A DNA stretch of 64,000 nucleotides from NCBI GenBank assembly GCA_963751455.1, contig CAVVUN010000003.1, forward strand, positions 256,001 through 320,000, read 5' to 3'. Source of the stretch: Nitrospirota bacterium (GTDB taxonomy: Bacteria; Nitrospirota; UBA9217). The translations under genes and the position numbers were made by a program. Of the stretch, positions 50,628 through 61,384 are shown one piece after another. Under the pieces are notes generated by a model that was not told the DNA's origin, searched no databases, and worked only from the letters and a program-made list of their open reading frames with translations. Positions within the stretch are counted from its first letter, which is position 1. Each line of letters starts with the position of its first letter.

Positions 50628-50859
50628 CGTGTCTCTCTCTCCCGCTTGCGATAAGAGCACATTCAATTTTTCATATCCGCAAAGCCCGGCCCTTCACCGT
50701 TGTTCAATTATAATGGAAATTACAGATTAAATAAAGAAGATAAAAATGAAAAAGCCGCGCCTCTGCGTCGTCATGGAAAATTGCCTTGTACCGATCCCGG
50801 TCGGCGCCTCATTCGTTGCTGTTTGACTTTAAGCGCATTCCTTGTTAATGTGTCGTTAT

Positions 50860-51054
50860 AAGTGGAGCCCCCTCCGGCAGGAGCCGGAGGCTCCCCTCAA
50901 TAACGCGACCTTCCGCCTGCACCAAGCGTTTACGAGTGCGCTTAGCGCGAGTGCATGGCGGAACTGCTAACTCGCGTTTGCACGGCGCTTCATGCCGGCG
51001 CGAGTTAGCGCTTTCCACCCCCGGCGGGAGCCGGGGGATGCCAAGGCGCGGGAT
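50860..51054 (+). mobile_element. Palindromic MITE/REP-like element, copy B (195 bp, intergenic)
   Basis: Same termini as 9562-9705 with a longer internal palindromic segment; related internal fragment at about 51995-52040. Confidence 0.85.
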
Positions 51055-51088
51055 TGCGTTCTACAGGGAACAGGAAAGAGGCTATAGC

Positions 51089-51937
51089 ATGGATCAGGCT
51101 CGCATAGTATTTACCCGATTCCACGGAGACGGCAAGAACATGTTCAACGACATTTTTGCCATCGACCCGGACGGAAAGAATGAGACCCGGCTCACAATGA
51201 GCCCGGGCGCGAACGGAGAATACGTCGATAATGCAGCGCCCCGGTATAACAGGGACAGGACGATGATCGCCTTCGTAAGCACGAAAAACAACTCCAGGAA
51301 GTTGTTCAATATATTCTTCATGGATCTTGCCACCCGGAAAACCGCCCAGATCACGTCCGGAGATCTCGATATCAGCAGCGTTGACTGGGCGCCCGATGAC
51401 AGCCGGCTTGTCTTTTCCGGTTTTGACGAAAACAGGCTCCAGCAGGTGCGCGTGGTCAATATGGACAGTACGGGATTCACCAAACTGACCACCGGGCCGT
51501 CGGAGCACATGAACCCGCTGTGGTCGCCACGAGGCGATCTGATCGCGTTCGTCGAGTTTCCGCCCGGCACCGGCTCTTCCCATATATGGGTCATGGACCC
51601 CGCCGGGGGGAATCAGAGGAGGCTCACGACGGACGATGCGCCGCATTCGAATCCTTCATGGTCGCCTGACGGGTCCTGGCTCATTTACCGCTGCGATCTG
51701 GGCACACCTCATCTGCGCAGGATCAACGTAGATACCGGGGAGATCGTTCTGTTCGAGCCTCCTGCGCGGGGAGTTGATTCGTCTCCCATCTGGTCCGGGA
51801 AGGAAATCGTTTTTTCAGGCAACTGCGATTGGGAAGAAGCTGAGTCGATATTCAATCTCTACCGGATGTCCGAAACAGGAGAAAACATTCAGCGCTTGAC
51901 AACGGCGCAGACTTTTGACTATTGCGGGGACTGGTGA
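51089..51937 (+). CDS. TolB-like PD40 beta-propeller protein (no signal peptide)
   Basis: WAPDD, WSPRG, PSWSPDG repeats. Confidence 0.85.
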   Translation: MDQARIVFTRFHGDGKNMFNDIFAIDPDGKNETRLTMSPGANGEYVDNAAPRYNRDRTMIAFVSTKNNSRKLFNIFFMDLATRKTAQITSGDLDISSVDWAPDDSRLVFSGFDENRLQQVRVVNMDSTGFTKLTTGPSEHMNPLWSPRGDLIAFVEFPPGTGSSHIWVMDPAGGNQRRLTTDDAPHSNPSWSPDGSWLIYRCDLGTPHLRRINVDTGEIVLFEPPARGVDSSPIWSGKEIVFSGNCDWEEAESIFNLYRMSETGENIQRLTTAQTFDYCGDW

Positions 51938-52062
51938 AGACTGACGGGGAGACTAAGGGAGTTTTACTTTAAGGGTGCGGAAACTTGTGAAATCTGCCTG
52001 CACCCGGCGCTTACGAGTGGCCCCGCGAGTGCAGGGCGCGTAATCTTTGGATAGCAAAAACC

Positions 52063-52800
52063 ATGAGACAATTACCTGTCCTCTACCAGGACGAATATCT
52101 CGTTGCCGTGAATAAGCCATCTGGTCTTCTGGTTCACCGGAGCGACATAGCCCGCCATGAAACGGAAAACGCCATGAAGACCGTCCGGAACCAGCTGCGG
52201 CAATGGGTCTATCCGTTCCATCGCCTCGACAGGTCCACGTCAGGCGTCCTGTTGTTCGGATTGGACCAGGAGACGGCCCGGCGCATGACGCAGTTTTTCA
52301 CCGACGATAAAATTTCAAAAAGTTATCTTGCCGTCGTACGTGGGTACACCAGGGAGGAAGAGCGGATCGATCATCCCTTGAAGGAACGGCGGGACAGGAT
52401 GGCCGATCAAAAGGCGGACAAGGACAAGCCCGCGCAGCAGGCCATTACCGCCTATAGGCGGCTGGCGACCGTTGAACTGCCCCAGCCCGTCGGGCGTTAT
52501 GCCACGGCACGTTATTCCCTTGTACAGGTGAAGCCACAGACGGGCCGCAACCACCAGATACGGCGTCACATGAAGCACATATTTCACCCGGTGGTCGGCG
52601 ATACCACCTACGGAGACGGCAAACAGAACGATTTTTTCCGGAAGAATTTCAACTGCGATCGCCTGCTGCTGCATGCCGGCAGGATCGAGTTCACGCATCC
52701 CTTTACCTGCGGGCGGATTGTTATTCAAGCCGCCCTCGATGAAAAATTCAGAACGCTTCTTAAAGCCCTGGACTGGGGTACGATCGCGGTCTCCTCGTGA
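52063..52800 (+). CDS. truC: tRNA pseudouridine(65) synthase TruC-like (RluA family)
   Basis: NKPSGLLVHRS, HRLDRSTSGVLLF, TGRNHQIRRHMKHIFHP. Confidence 0.85.
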   Translation: MRQLPVLYQDEYLVAVNKPSGLLVHRSDIARHETENAMKTVRNQLRQWVYPFHRLDRSTSGVLLFGLDQETARRMTQFFTDDKISKSYLAVVRGYTREEERIDHPLKERRDRMADQKADKDKPAQQAITAYRRLATVELPQPVGRYATARYSLVQVKPQTGRNHQIRRHMKHIFHPVVGDTTYGDGKQNDFFRKNFNCDRLLLHAGRIEFTHPFTCGRIVIQAALDEKFRTLLKALDWGTIAVSS

Positions 52801-52913
52801 AGCCGGAATAACCGGCAGGGAAAAGCAGAGAGAATTGAGAAGAAATCATTAATGTCCCTGCGTATCGCTTCGCGGACTCCGCGTCTCCTCGTGAGCAAAA
52901 AAATTTAAAGCCT

Positions 52914-53546
52914 ATGCGATCGTACGATCCCAAAAATCGCGGTCACAAGCGGCCGTCTCAGCATCAGCGCAGCAGCGTGGATATTGACATCGAGTCGCTC
53001 CTTCAGCTCGAGAACCGCTGCAACGGGTGCGCGAAGGGCGATAAGTGCTGCTGCTCATCGTACGAGGTCTGTGTTACCGCTGCGGAGATAAAGAGGATAA
53101 TCAGGGTCCTTCCCGAAGCTGCCAAGCTCTGCCCCCGTCTGCTGACTGCGCGGGGATATGACAATGTGTTCGAGGAAGAGGAGCCGGGCCTTTTTTCCAT
53201 CGACACGAACGAGGACGGCCTCTGTGTCTTCGCCTATTGGTCCAATGGCCGGACACACTGCTCCCTGCACACCGTCGCCATGACGCTCGGCCTGCCCCTG
53301 GAGCAGGTGAAGCCGAAAGTTTGCCTTCTCTGGCCAATGCACTTCTCTGATGGCGAAGAGGTCCTCGCCACGATCAACGATGCATTTCTGTTCAAATGCA
53401 ATGTCCGGAAAGCGCCTGGTTCGCGCAGACTGGACGAGGGGTTTGTCGAAACAATCGAGCGCGTGTACGGCGAGGGATGCGGGGCCCAGGTGATGCAGGC
53501 GGCAGAGAACGGGGACCGCCGGACGCTGCTGATAGTACGGCGCTGA
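52914..53546 (+). CDS. Cys-rich DUF3109/YkgJ-like protein
   Basis: CxxC…CCC, CVFA, CSLH, KPKVCLLWP. Confidence 0.7.
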   Translation: MRSYDPKNRGHKRPSQHQRSSVDIDIESLLQLENRCNGCAKGDKCCCSSYEVCVTAAEIKRIIRVLPEAAKLCPRLLTARGYDNVFEEEEPGLFSIDTNEDGLCVFAYWSNGRTHCSLHTVAMTLGLPLEQVKPKVCLLWPMHFSDGEEVLATINDAFLFKCNVRKAPGSRRLDEGFVETIERVYGEGCGAQVMQAAENGDRRTLLIVRR

Positions 53547-53754
53547 GAGTCAGGCTCACGCAGGACCGTAACCGCCTGCCGTTGCCATGACCAGGCAAGC
53601 ACTCTTTGCGGCTTGGCGGTTTTGTGTGAGAACAAATCAAATCGTGGTTTCCCAAAAGGCAACGGTCACAAATTAGGAATTAAAATGCTTGGTTACCCAT
53701 TCGCACACTGCTAAGGTGTGGACTTTTTGGTCCAAGCCTGCTATCCTTTCCTGC

Positions 53755-55824
53755 ATGGTCGCCACCATCCGCATACGGAACTTCTCCACAGCTCTTAAGT
53801 TTATCCTCGTATTTTTTTTGATCTCCTTCACCATGGCCCACGCGGGCATTCGTCCGGCATTCGCTGACTCAGCGGCGGAGCAGAACATGCCGATGAAGGC
53901 GGTTGCAGTGTTCCATTGCGACTACTCACCGGTCTCTTTCTGGGACAAAAATACAAACAGACCTTCAGGATTTTTTGTCGATGTTATGGACAGCATTGCC
54001 GGTCCTGCGGGTCTGGATGTGAAATATATCTGCAAGGACGGCTGGCCGGAAATAATAGCCGCAATCCAGGGCGGTGAGGCGGACTTCGGCGTCCTGATGA
54101 AAAGCGAAGAGCGTGAGAAAATCATGCTGTTCAGCTCCCCGATCGAAGCGAGCTACCTTTCCTTTTTCGCCCGTTCTCAAGGACGTGTCGACCCGGACAG
54201 AATACCCGACGGACACACGGTGGGCGTTGTAAGAGGCAGTATGTCCTATGAGCAGTTGAAAAAGCGCACCGGGTTCAATCTGCAGACAGAAGGCACGTAC
54301 CAGGAAGGCATTTTCAGGCTGCTGGCCGGCAAGATCGATTTGTTCGCGGGCGAAGATTCCATGATATTGAAAACCGCCAGGGATGCGGGCCTGGATGACC
54401 GCATAGCAAAAGTCGGCAAACCTTTTCTTGAACGGGTAAGATGCCTGGCCGTAGGCAAGAACAATGATCGAATGCTTGCACGGCTGAACAAAGCCCTGCA
54501 GGGGTTTACCGGAAGTTCGGAATATCAGCGGATTTACCTCAAATGGTACGGCGCGCCTGCTCCGTACTGGACGGCCAGGAAAATACTCTTCTCAAGCGGG
54601 CTTTTTCTGATCATCGCCGTTTGCGGAATGGCAGTATGGCGATACATCTCTATTTGGAAAATCAACCAAGAGCTGACTGTCAACATCGCCGAGCGCAAAC
54701 AAGTGGAAAAGCAGCTGACTACGGCGGTTATCAGTTCCGATCAGGAAAAAGCAAAAACCGAGGCAGTCATTGCCGCGATAGGCGACGGACTCGTTATTGT
54801 GGACAGGGACTTTAAAATCCTCTATCTCAACGAAGTTATGAAGAAAATGCTCGGAGACCTCGCGGGCGAAGTGTGCTACAAGGCCGGCGAGGGAAGAGAA
54901 ACCATCTGCGAAAACTGCCCTGTCGACCTTTCTCTCAGGGACGGTCAGATCCACCGCGTTGAGAGGACCCGGACCGCCGGGACGACAATTACTCACATGG
55001 ACATTACCTCGTCTCCTTTGCGGAATGCGTCAGGGGAGATCATTGCGGTTATCGAAATGGTCCGGGACATTACCGGGCGGAAGCGGGCGGAGGAAGTGCT
55101 GAGCAGGTCCCGATACGAGCTTGAGGTCCTTGTGGGGGAACGAACCGCGGAACTGACGAGGATCAACGACCAGCTCAGAAATCTTTCCGTACATCTTCAG
55201 AATGCACGGGAAAACGAGCGTACGAGGATCGCGCGTGAAATTCATGACGACCTGGGCCAGTCTCTCACGGCTCTCAAAATGGAGATCTCTCTTCTGAGGA
55301 AAAATCCGGTAAAAGACCGGAAAACCATGATCGAAAAGGCACAATCCATGACCGCTCTCGTGGAAGCGACGATCGAGAGTGTGAAAAGGATTTCAACGGA
55401 CCTGAGGCCGGGAATACTTGACCATCTCGGTCTTACTTCGGCCATAGAGTGGCAGGCCGAAGAGTTCGAAAAGAGGACCGGCATTTCCTGCATGGTAAAC
55501 TGTGATCCGGAGCAAATGCATCTTGACAGGGACCGGTCAACGACCGTGTTTCGCATCGTTCAGGAAACACTTACAAACACGGCACGCCACGCGAATGCCA
55601 CGAAAATCCGCATTCACCTGAAGCTGCAGGACGAATACCTGACACTCCGGGTCGAAGATAACGGCAGGGGCATTGCCGAAAGCGAGATATCAGACCCGAA
55701 GTCACTTGGCCTTATCGGCATCAGGGAACGGGTTAATAACTGGGGAGGATCGCTGGGGATAACAGGGAGCAGAAAAACTGGAACCATCGTAACTGTGCGG
55801 ATCCCCCTCGATTCCGCGGGTTGA
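53755..55824 (+). CDS. Sensor histidine kinase (periplasmic SBP family 3, PAS, HisKA_3, HATPase)
   Basis: ERTRIAREIHDDLGQ, QETLTN, DNGRG; start uncertain. Confidence 0.9.
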   Translation: MVATIRIRNFSTALKFILVFFLISFTMAHAGIRPAFADSAAEQNMPMKAVAVFHCDYSPVSFWDKNTNRPSGFFVDVMDSIAGPAGLDVKYICKDGWPEIIAAIQGGEADFGVLMKSEEREKIMLFSSPIEASYLSFFARSQGRVDPDRIPDGHTVGVVRGSMSYEQLKKRTGFNLQTEGTYQEGIFRLLAGKIDLFAGEDSMILKTARDAGLDDRIAKVGKPFLERVRCLAVGKNNDRMLARLNKALQGFTGSSEYQRIYLKWYGAPAPYWTARKILFSSGLFLIIAVCGMAVWRYISIWKINQELTVNIAERKQVEKQLTTAVISSDQEKAKTEAVIAAIGDGLVIVDRDFKILYLNEVMKKMLGDLAGEVCYKAGEGRETICENCPVDLSLRDGQIHRVERTRTAGTTITHMDITSSPLRNASGEIIAVIEMVRDITGRKRAEEVLSRSRYELEVLVGERTAELTRINDQLRNLSVHLQNARENERTRIAREIHDDLGQSLTALKMEISLLRKNPVKDRKTMIEKAQSMTALVEATIESVKRISTDLRPGILDHLGLTSAIEWQAEEFEKRTGISCMVNCDPEQMHLDRDRSTTVFRIVQETLTNTARHANATKIRIHLKLQDEYLTLRVEDNGRGIAESEISDPKSLGLIGIRERVNNWGGSLGITGSRKTGTIVTVRIPLDSAG

Positions 55825-55973
55825 TAAGTAAAGCTCCGGGCTGGGGCGGGCCAGGCGGCCCTTAGCTGCACTGGAACGGCCGGAATCATATACGCGGTTC
55901 ACTCAGGAAGACGTACCTGGATTTCACAGGCATAGGCGGAACTGTGGAGAACGCAGAAGGACGCGTAACAAAA

Positions 55974-56705
55974 ATGCAGCGAAAAAAATCCTCGATTCTA
56001 GTTGTCGACAGCAGCGCCTCCTATATTTTTTATGTTGCAATGCTGCTCAAGAAATTCCAATATGACGTTCAGATAGCTTCCACCGCAGAAGACGCCATCA
56101 GGCTTATTGCGCGCTCAGCTCCAAGCGTTGTAATCACCGATACTACCCTTCCGAAAATGAGCGGCGTTGATCTGCTGAAACAGTTGAAGAAAAATTCCAG
56201 TCTCAGCTTTATCCCGGTGATGATCCATACAGCAGACCCGAATCCGGCAATCAAGGCTGTGTGCATGGATGCACGTTGTGCCGGCTATTTTATAAAGCCA
56301 GTGGAACCGGATGCGCTGTACCGAACGATCCAGGCGGCAACAGAAGCCACGCCCAGACAGACAATCCGGATCAGGGTCACTCTCAAAGCACGGATCACCG
56401 GTGCGGGAGCCGGACCGGCCAACAGAGTCGAGGACGTTACCAGTCTCTCCGACGGCGGGCTTTACATCAAAACCTCAGTGCCCGAACCCGTCAATGTCCT
56501 TGTTCCTCTCAAACTGTTGATCCGCAAACGCGAGCTCGCGCTGACGGCCGTTGTGCTTTACAGCTCCGTCAAAATCGGCGGTCCGCATTCTGAGCCGGGT
56601 ATGGGGCTGAAGTTTGTGACTATAGAACCGGAAGACCGCAACTTTATCCGCGAATACATCCGGGAGCAGGTTATGACTACTATGGGGACCGAACCCCGGA
56701 AGTGA
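55974..56705 (+). CDS. Response regulator with PilZ domain
   Basis: Paralog of 10038-10772; RQTIR and SLSDGG. Confidence 0.85.
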   Translation: MQRKKSSILVVDSSASYIFYVAMLLKKFQYDVQIASTAEDAIRLIARSAPSVVITDTTLPKMSGVDLLKQLKKNSSLSFIPVMIHTADPNPAIKAVCMDARCAGYFIKPVEPDALYRTIQAATEATPRQTIRIRVTLKARITGAGAGPANRVEDVTSLSDGGLYIKTSVPEPVNVLVPLKLLIRKRELALTAVVLYSSVKIGGPHSEPGMGLKFVTIEPEDRNFIREYIREQVMTTMGTEPRK

Positions 56706-56806
56706 CGAAAAGCTGTCGGCTTCGGGAATCACCCGTTTCTTCGAAAACCTAAGTGTTGCCTCTTCTTGGCGCGAGGAGTAAAATGTAACTGTAGAGGAAG
56801 AAGGGA

Positions 56807-57001
56807 ATGACTAGAATGACTACACGCTCAAATACCAATACGGGCGGGCCCGGAAAAGAGACAAAAGAGAGGGCGTCGCTTCCGGTCGCGGCTAAAGAGG
56901 GCTCGTGCAGGTGCAAGGAAACTTCCGAAATGAAGCCCCGGCAGCTTCTGAAGCTCATGTTGAGCGACCTGGCTTTCTGGAAAAAAACGAAAAGGGGATA
57001 A
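56807..57001 (+). CDS. Small basic hypothetical protein
   Basis: Purine-rich SD; ends DLAFWKK. Confidence 0.5.
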   Translation: MTRMTTRSNTNTGGPGKETKERASLPVAAKEGSCRCKETSEMKPRQLLKLMLSDLAFWKKTKRG

Positions 57002-57150
57002 TACAGAACCTCAAGAAGGGGCTTGCTCGGATTAACACGGACTTTGAGACGCAACGGATAGGTTCTCAGCTTAATTTATTAAGTTTATCGAGGATTATTC
57101 GTGCCGTGGCGAAACCTGGGTTTTCAGTTTTTTTGGAGGAGAAATCATTT

Positions 57151-57756
57151 ATGGGTGAAAGACAGGTATTCCAGCCTCTCACGAGGGAAGAGAAAATAAC
57201 GGTTGTGCTCTACCGTGCCGGTATAGCGCTAGCTGCGGTCATTATGAGCGGCTTGGCATATCTACTGGTAATAGCATCTTCCAACACCGATGCCGCAGTC
57301 ATAGGCCGATCAGCGGATGTCCTTGCCTATGGCCTTTATGTGTCCGTCGGCATGAGCGTATTCTTTATTCATTTGTATATAGGCAAGTTCAAAGTCTACC
57401 TGAAAAACCTGTACTTCATCAGCCTCGGCTGTCTGGTCCTGCTCCTCTTCCTCGGAAATGGCTCCGTATCCGGCGTGGTTGCGCAGAAAGCTTACGGCTC
57501 GCTGCTCCTGCTGCCCCTTTCCGGATGCCTGGGATTCGTTGCCGCAAAGGAAGCCTTCTGCTTTCAGCTTTTCGAGGGCTACTTCCTTGCCATGATCATG
57601 CCGGCCTACCTGGTTCTCGTCTCAAGCTCTGCTCTCACCGGCAGGGGAGCGTCCTATGGCCTGGTCCTGATCGCCGCTATGCTGATTATCTTCACACTGC
57701 GAAAAGTATTTATGCCCGTCGCATACGATATCGGCGACAAAACGGCCTATCGGTAA
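57151..57756 (+). CDS. DUF2301-like integral membrane protein
   Basis: IHLY, KEAFCF, DIGDKTAY motifs; SD GGAGGA. Confidence 0.85.
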   Translation: MGERQVFQPLTREEKITVVLYRAGIALAAVIMSGLAYLLVIASSNTDAAVIGRSADVLAYGLYVSVGMSVFFIHLYIGKFKVYLKNLYFISLGCLVLLLFLGNGSVSGVVAQKAYGSLLLLPLSGCLGFVAAKEAFCFQLFEGYFLAMIMPAYLVLVSSSALTGRGASYGLVLIAAMLIIFTLRKVFMPVAYDIGDKTAYR

Positions 57757-57762
57757 ACCCTT

Positions 57763-58356
57763 ATGCCCATCCTCATGCGCGTCTTTTCAGACTATATCTG
57801 ACCCTTCTGCTATATCGGCGAAGGTATCGTCGAAAAGCTGAAGCAGGAATTCGACCTGAGCGTCGAATGGCAAGGGATGGAGATCCATCCTGAGACACCG
57901 CCGGAAGGTATGCCGATGACGGCCCGGTTCAAAAAGGAGGACATCACCCGCGTTATGCAGCATCTGCGGACAGCGGGCGCGCCGTACGGGATCACATTTG
58001 CTGACCGCCCGTTTCTTTCGAACTCCCACTTGGCGCTTCAAGCTGCTGAATTCGCCCGCGATCACGGCAAATTTCGGGAACTCCACACCTCTCTCTTCAC
58101 AACTTATTTTTCCGTCGGCCTCGACATCGGCAATATCGACATACTGACTGAACTGGCTGAGGATGCCGGCCTTGATGCCGGAGCGATGAGGAACGCCCTG
58201 CAGGATGGGACGTACTTGCCCCGGCTCGAAGAAGCGAAGCAGGAGGCTGCTCTTCGGAACGTAACCAGCGTGCCTACGTTTTTTTTAGGCGACAAAAAGA
58301 CCATCGTCGGCGCGCAGCCGCTGGACGTATTCAGGAAGACCCTGCGCTCACTGTAA
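57763..58356 (+). CDS. DsbA/FrnE-family selenoprotein (UPFC active site)
   Basis: MPILMRVFSDYI-UGA-PFCYIG in frame with the 57877 ORF; SECIS-like hairpin follows; cis-Pro loop SVPTF. Confidence 0.85.
57804..57843 (+). promoter_or_regulatory. Bacterial SECIS-like stem-loop
   Basis: Upper stem TCGGCGA/TCGTCGA with loop AGGTA; lower stem CTTC-TGCT/AGC-TGAAG directly after the UGA. Confidence 0.65.
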
Positions 58357-58424
58357 CCGGCAAAGGTCAGTGATCGTCGTGCCGGAAGGCGCTCTCTTAA
58401 GCGAGAGGTCGCAAAAGGAGACAA

Positions 58425-59039
58425 GTGGCTATTATACAGTACAGTACAAAACGGCATTTACCGGGTGTTCTTATTGCAGGAATCCTCATGCTTCAGAGCT
58501 GCAGTTACACGGCATTGCCGCGCAGCGTGCCGATCATCAGGGAAATGGAGGGGGATTCATTTCAAGGGATCTCGGTGCTGGTGACGAACGCGGAGCCCGA
58601 CGCGGCGGAAAGGCCTATCCCGGCAGAAACGAAGAAGAGCTCAGCTTTTAAAGCGAATAAACGCGCATGGTCCCAGAAACTGGTCGAGTCCCTTGCCGGA
58701 GAGCTTGCCCGGCGCGGCGCCGACATTCGCGTTTCAGCCCCCGTGATTATGAGTGTAGCGGTGCCGGAGATCGTTATTATTGAGACCCGGGAGCTTCTCG
58801 GGCTAAAGGCCAAGGCTGCAGTCACTGTGACATCAGGCTGGACAAAAGAGTTCGAAGGCGCGGCAAAAACGGAAACAGCCGGTGTTTCTTCCGCGTCCGC
58901 GGAGATGGACCGGCTGGCAGGCCGGGCTCTTTCGGAGATCATCAAGCAGATCATCTCGGATGCTGAACTTTTAGAGCAGTTGAGGGCACCTCACTCAAAA
59001 AAGGACATGGAGAAAGATGAAAAAGAGTCGACGCGGTGA
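58425..59039 (+). CDS. Hypothetical lipoprotein
   Basis: Lipobox LQSC; SD AAGGAG. Confidence 0.75.
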   Translation: MAIIQYSTKRHLPGVLIAGILMLQSCSYTALPRSVPIIREMEGDSFQGISVLVTNAEPDAAERPIPAETKKSSAFKANKRAWSQKLVESLAGELARRGADIRVSAPVIMSVAVPEIVIIETRELLGLKAKAAVTVTSGWTKEFEGAAKTETAGVSSASAEMDRLAGRALSEIIKQIISDAELLEQLRAPHSKKDMEKDEKESTR

Positions 59040-59141
59040 CTCATTCCGCAGCAGGACCTTGACAGGGCGTCTGCACGATCTCAAGCTCGCAACTTGTGCG
59101 ACAACTTCCCTAGTACCTCGCTCGATTCGAGCTGCATAAAA

Positions 59142-59642
59142 TTAAGCTGCCTTCTTAAACTGCTCTTTCTGCACCTGTACTTCTCTCTTGGCCGGCTGCT
59201 GCACTCCCTCAATTGTCTGCACAGCGCTCTCTTCCGCTAATAGCAGGGTCGTGTCCGTTTCTTTCTTCATTTTCTTCTTATTCTGGTCCTGCCAAACTGC
59301 TGCAATAAGCGCTCCCAGCTCGAACGCTATAATGCGTGCGGCAACAGGATCGTCCTTCACAAACTGCAGGACACGGTTTGTCGCTTTCGAGGCGCTGTCC
59401 TGAGCAGCCAGTCCGATCCTCGACGCGGAATCCTTGGCCCTGCCTGCAAGCTGTTTTCCCCGTGAGGCTGCGCTCAGTGCTTTGCTCCTCACTTTTTCCT
59501 TCATTACCCACTTCCAGTGGCCGACAGACAATCTTTCCTCGATTTGGCTTATCGTTTCGGTTATTTCTCCTCTGACTTTCGCTATATCGCGCTCGATTAT
59601 ATCAGGAGGCATGTCTTTTGTTATGCTTTTATTCTCAGCCAT
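59142..59642 (-). CDS. DUF3618-like protein
   Basis: PDIIERDIAKVRGEITETISQIEERLS. Confidence 0.7.
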   Translation of the reverse strand: MAENKSITKDMPPDIIERDIAKVRGEITETISQIEERLSVGHWKWVMKEKVRSKALSAASRGKQLAGRAKDSASRIGLAAQDSASKATNRVLQFVKDDPVAARIIAFELGALIAAVWQDQNKKKMKKETDTTLLLAEESAVQTIEGVQQPAKREVQVQKEQFKKAA

Positions 59643-59915
59643 TCTGTGTCTCCCTTCAAAGGTTGATATTGATTTAATCGCTTTTGAAATCAACAAATGC
59701 TCTTCTGATCCGGGGGACTTACTTAAAACTATTTTAAGATTATCGCTGTTCACAACGCCTGTCAAATCAGGAGAAAAGCAGTCGGCTTTTTTCTTTGAAC
59801 CCGGGATTCCCTATCTTTCATGAGACGATATACTTAATGAGAGGATTAAAGCGGATGAGTGCGTTGCCTGCGATTCTATTTATTTTATTGATTTTTAGTC
59901 GAGCGTCTCTGCGGT

Positions 59916-60941
59916 TCAGCACGAAACATCGTGCCTATGGTGCCGCCGGTACCGAAGGTATTCCACCAGACCGAAAAGGGATGCGAGAGCCATGGAAAGG
60001 AACCAAAGGAAGGATATGGATGTGCTGACAGAAGCCGGAATGCCGACAAGGCTGAAGAGCAGAACAAATGCACTCTCCCGTATGCCGAAACCGGAGATTG
60101 AAAGAGGAATAATCATTGCTGTAAGAATGACCGGAACGAGAATAAAGAGGGCGGTGAAGGACAGTTTCTCGCCCATGCCCATCGCTATCACAGCGATCAT
60201 CAAAATAAGCAGGGCCTGGCCCACTGCCGACAGCGCCGCCAGTTCCAGCAGTATGCTTTTTTTCTTGAGGACATCCGCGGTATAATCGTAAAAAGCCGAA
60301 AGCGTTGATATGCTTTTCCCAATCCGCAGCTTGAAAAAAACAAGACTGATCAATAAAAACACCGTGAAGAAAAGAGGAATCGCCGTGTGCATTCCAATCG
60401 TCTTCAGCTCCTTAAAAGCGGCTAATCCGGCAATCAGGCCCATTGACAGTCGTACAAAAACACCCATGTAGCGGTCGAGGAACACCGATCCAAAACTCAT
60501 TCCTCCGTTTCGGGTCTCTCCGTACAGATAATACACCTTTACTACGTCACCGCCGATTGCGCCGGGCAGAATATTATTGAAGAAGCTGCCGATCAGCTGG
60601 AGGGAAAAGAGTTTTCCAACAGGATACTGTTTGTTAAGCAGCAGCCGCAGTCTGAGTGAAGCAAGGAGCGCAATTACGAGATAAATAAGGGAGGCAAGCA
60701 GAAAATACCAGGGACTCATTGAGCGAAGGTGCTCGAGCACATTGCGGGGCCCGGCCTTTTTTAAGACAGCATACAGAAGTAATGCGCTGACGAAGACCTT
60801 GATTGACAGCAACACCATTCTTTTTTTCGGGCTGGATGAGTTACTCAAGCCCTTGTACGCGGCTTGGATCGCCGTAATTTTTTCGAGTAGAAATTCCATT
60901 ACAATGAGTGATGAAAAGAAGCTTCCCGCTACGCTCGGCAT
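59916..60941 (-). CDS. Lysylphosphatidylglycerol-synthase TM / flippase-like (UPF0104) protein
   Basis: FFNNILPGAIGGD, PLSISGFGIRE; real start probably 60899 or 60818. Confidence 0.9.
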   Translation of the reverse strand: MPSVAGSFFSSLIVMEFLLEKITAIQAAYKGLSNSSSPKKRMVLLSIKVFVSALLLYAVLKKAGPRNVLEHLRSMSPWYFLLASLIYLVIALLASLRLRLLLNKQYPVGKLFSLQLIGSFFNNILPGAIGGDVVKVYYLYGETRNGGMSFGSVFLDRYMGVFVRLSMGLIAGLAAFKELKTIGMHTAIPLFFTVFLLISLVFFKLRIGKSISTLSAFYDYTADVLKKKSILLELAALSAVGQALLILMIAVIAMGMGEKLSFTALFILVPVILTAMIIPLSISGFGIRESAFVLLFSLVGIPASVSTSISFLWFLSMALASLFGLVEYLRYRRHHRHDVSC

Positions 60942-61080
60942 GACAAAGGTGTGGGGTTTCCGGCTTTTTACAAGTTCATCAAAATCATGTTCCTAAATCT
61001 GCTAATGCTGCACCTCTGGGGTTGTGCTTAAATGTAAGCGGTCAGTATACTACAATAAACGGAAAGAAAAGGGAAGAGGG

Positions 61081-61278
61081 GTGCAGCTTATAAAGCCGGC
61101 GCGGCCGGCGCTTGAAGCGGTATTGGCACTGAACAGCCTTGCCGGGAAACAGTTTAAGCACATCTCTCTGTCTCAGAGGAGGCAGTTTCTCTGGTGGATC
61201 GAGAGCGCAAAGCAGCAAGAGACGTAGACCAGGAGAATCGAGAAGACCGTGGAGCTTCTCTCGAATAAAAGTCGATGA
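61081..61278 (+). pseudogene. YdeI/OmpD-associated domain remnant with a premature TAG
   Basis: RRQFLWWIESAKQQET*TRRIEKTVELL. Confidence 0.7.
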
Positions 61279-61384
61279 ACGATTACTAGTGCACTGTAAA
61301 ACTAATTCTTGATTGTATTGCACCTTTAGCCGGGTCCAGTAGTCAGTTACAAATCGAATTCCTCTCAAAACGGCAGGAACATTT

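Noticed and set aside
50936-51088. N-terminal extension of the TolB-like ORF
   Set aside because: Derived from the palindromic element; ATG 51089 has a purine-rich SD-like context
61225-61227. In-frame TAG as pyrrolysine or readthrough
   Set aside because: Falls at a non-catalytic, normally basic position in a fragment lacking its N-terminus; a nonsense mutation is simpler
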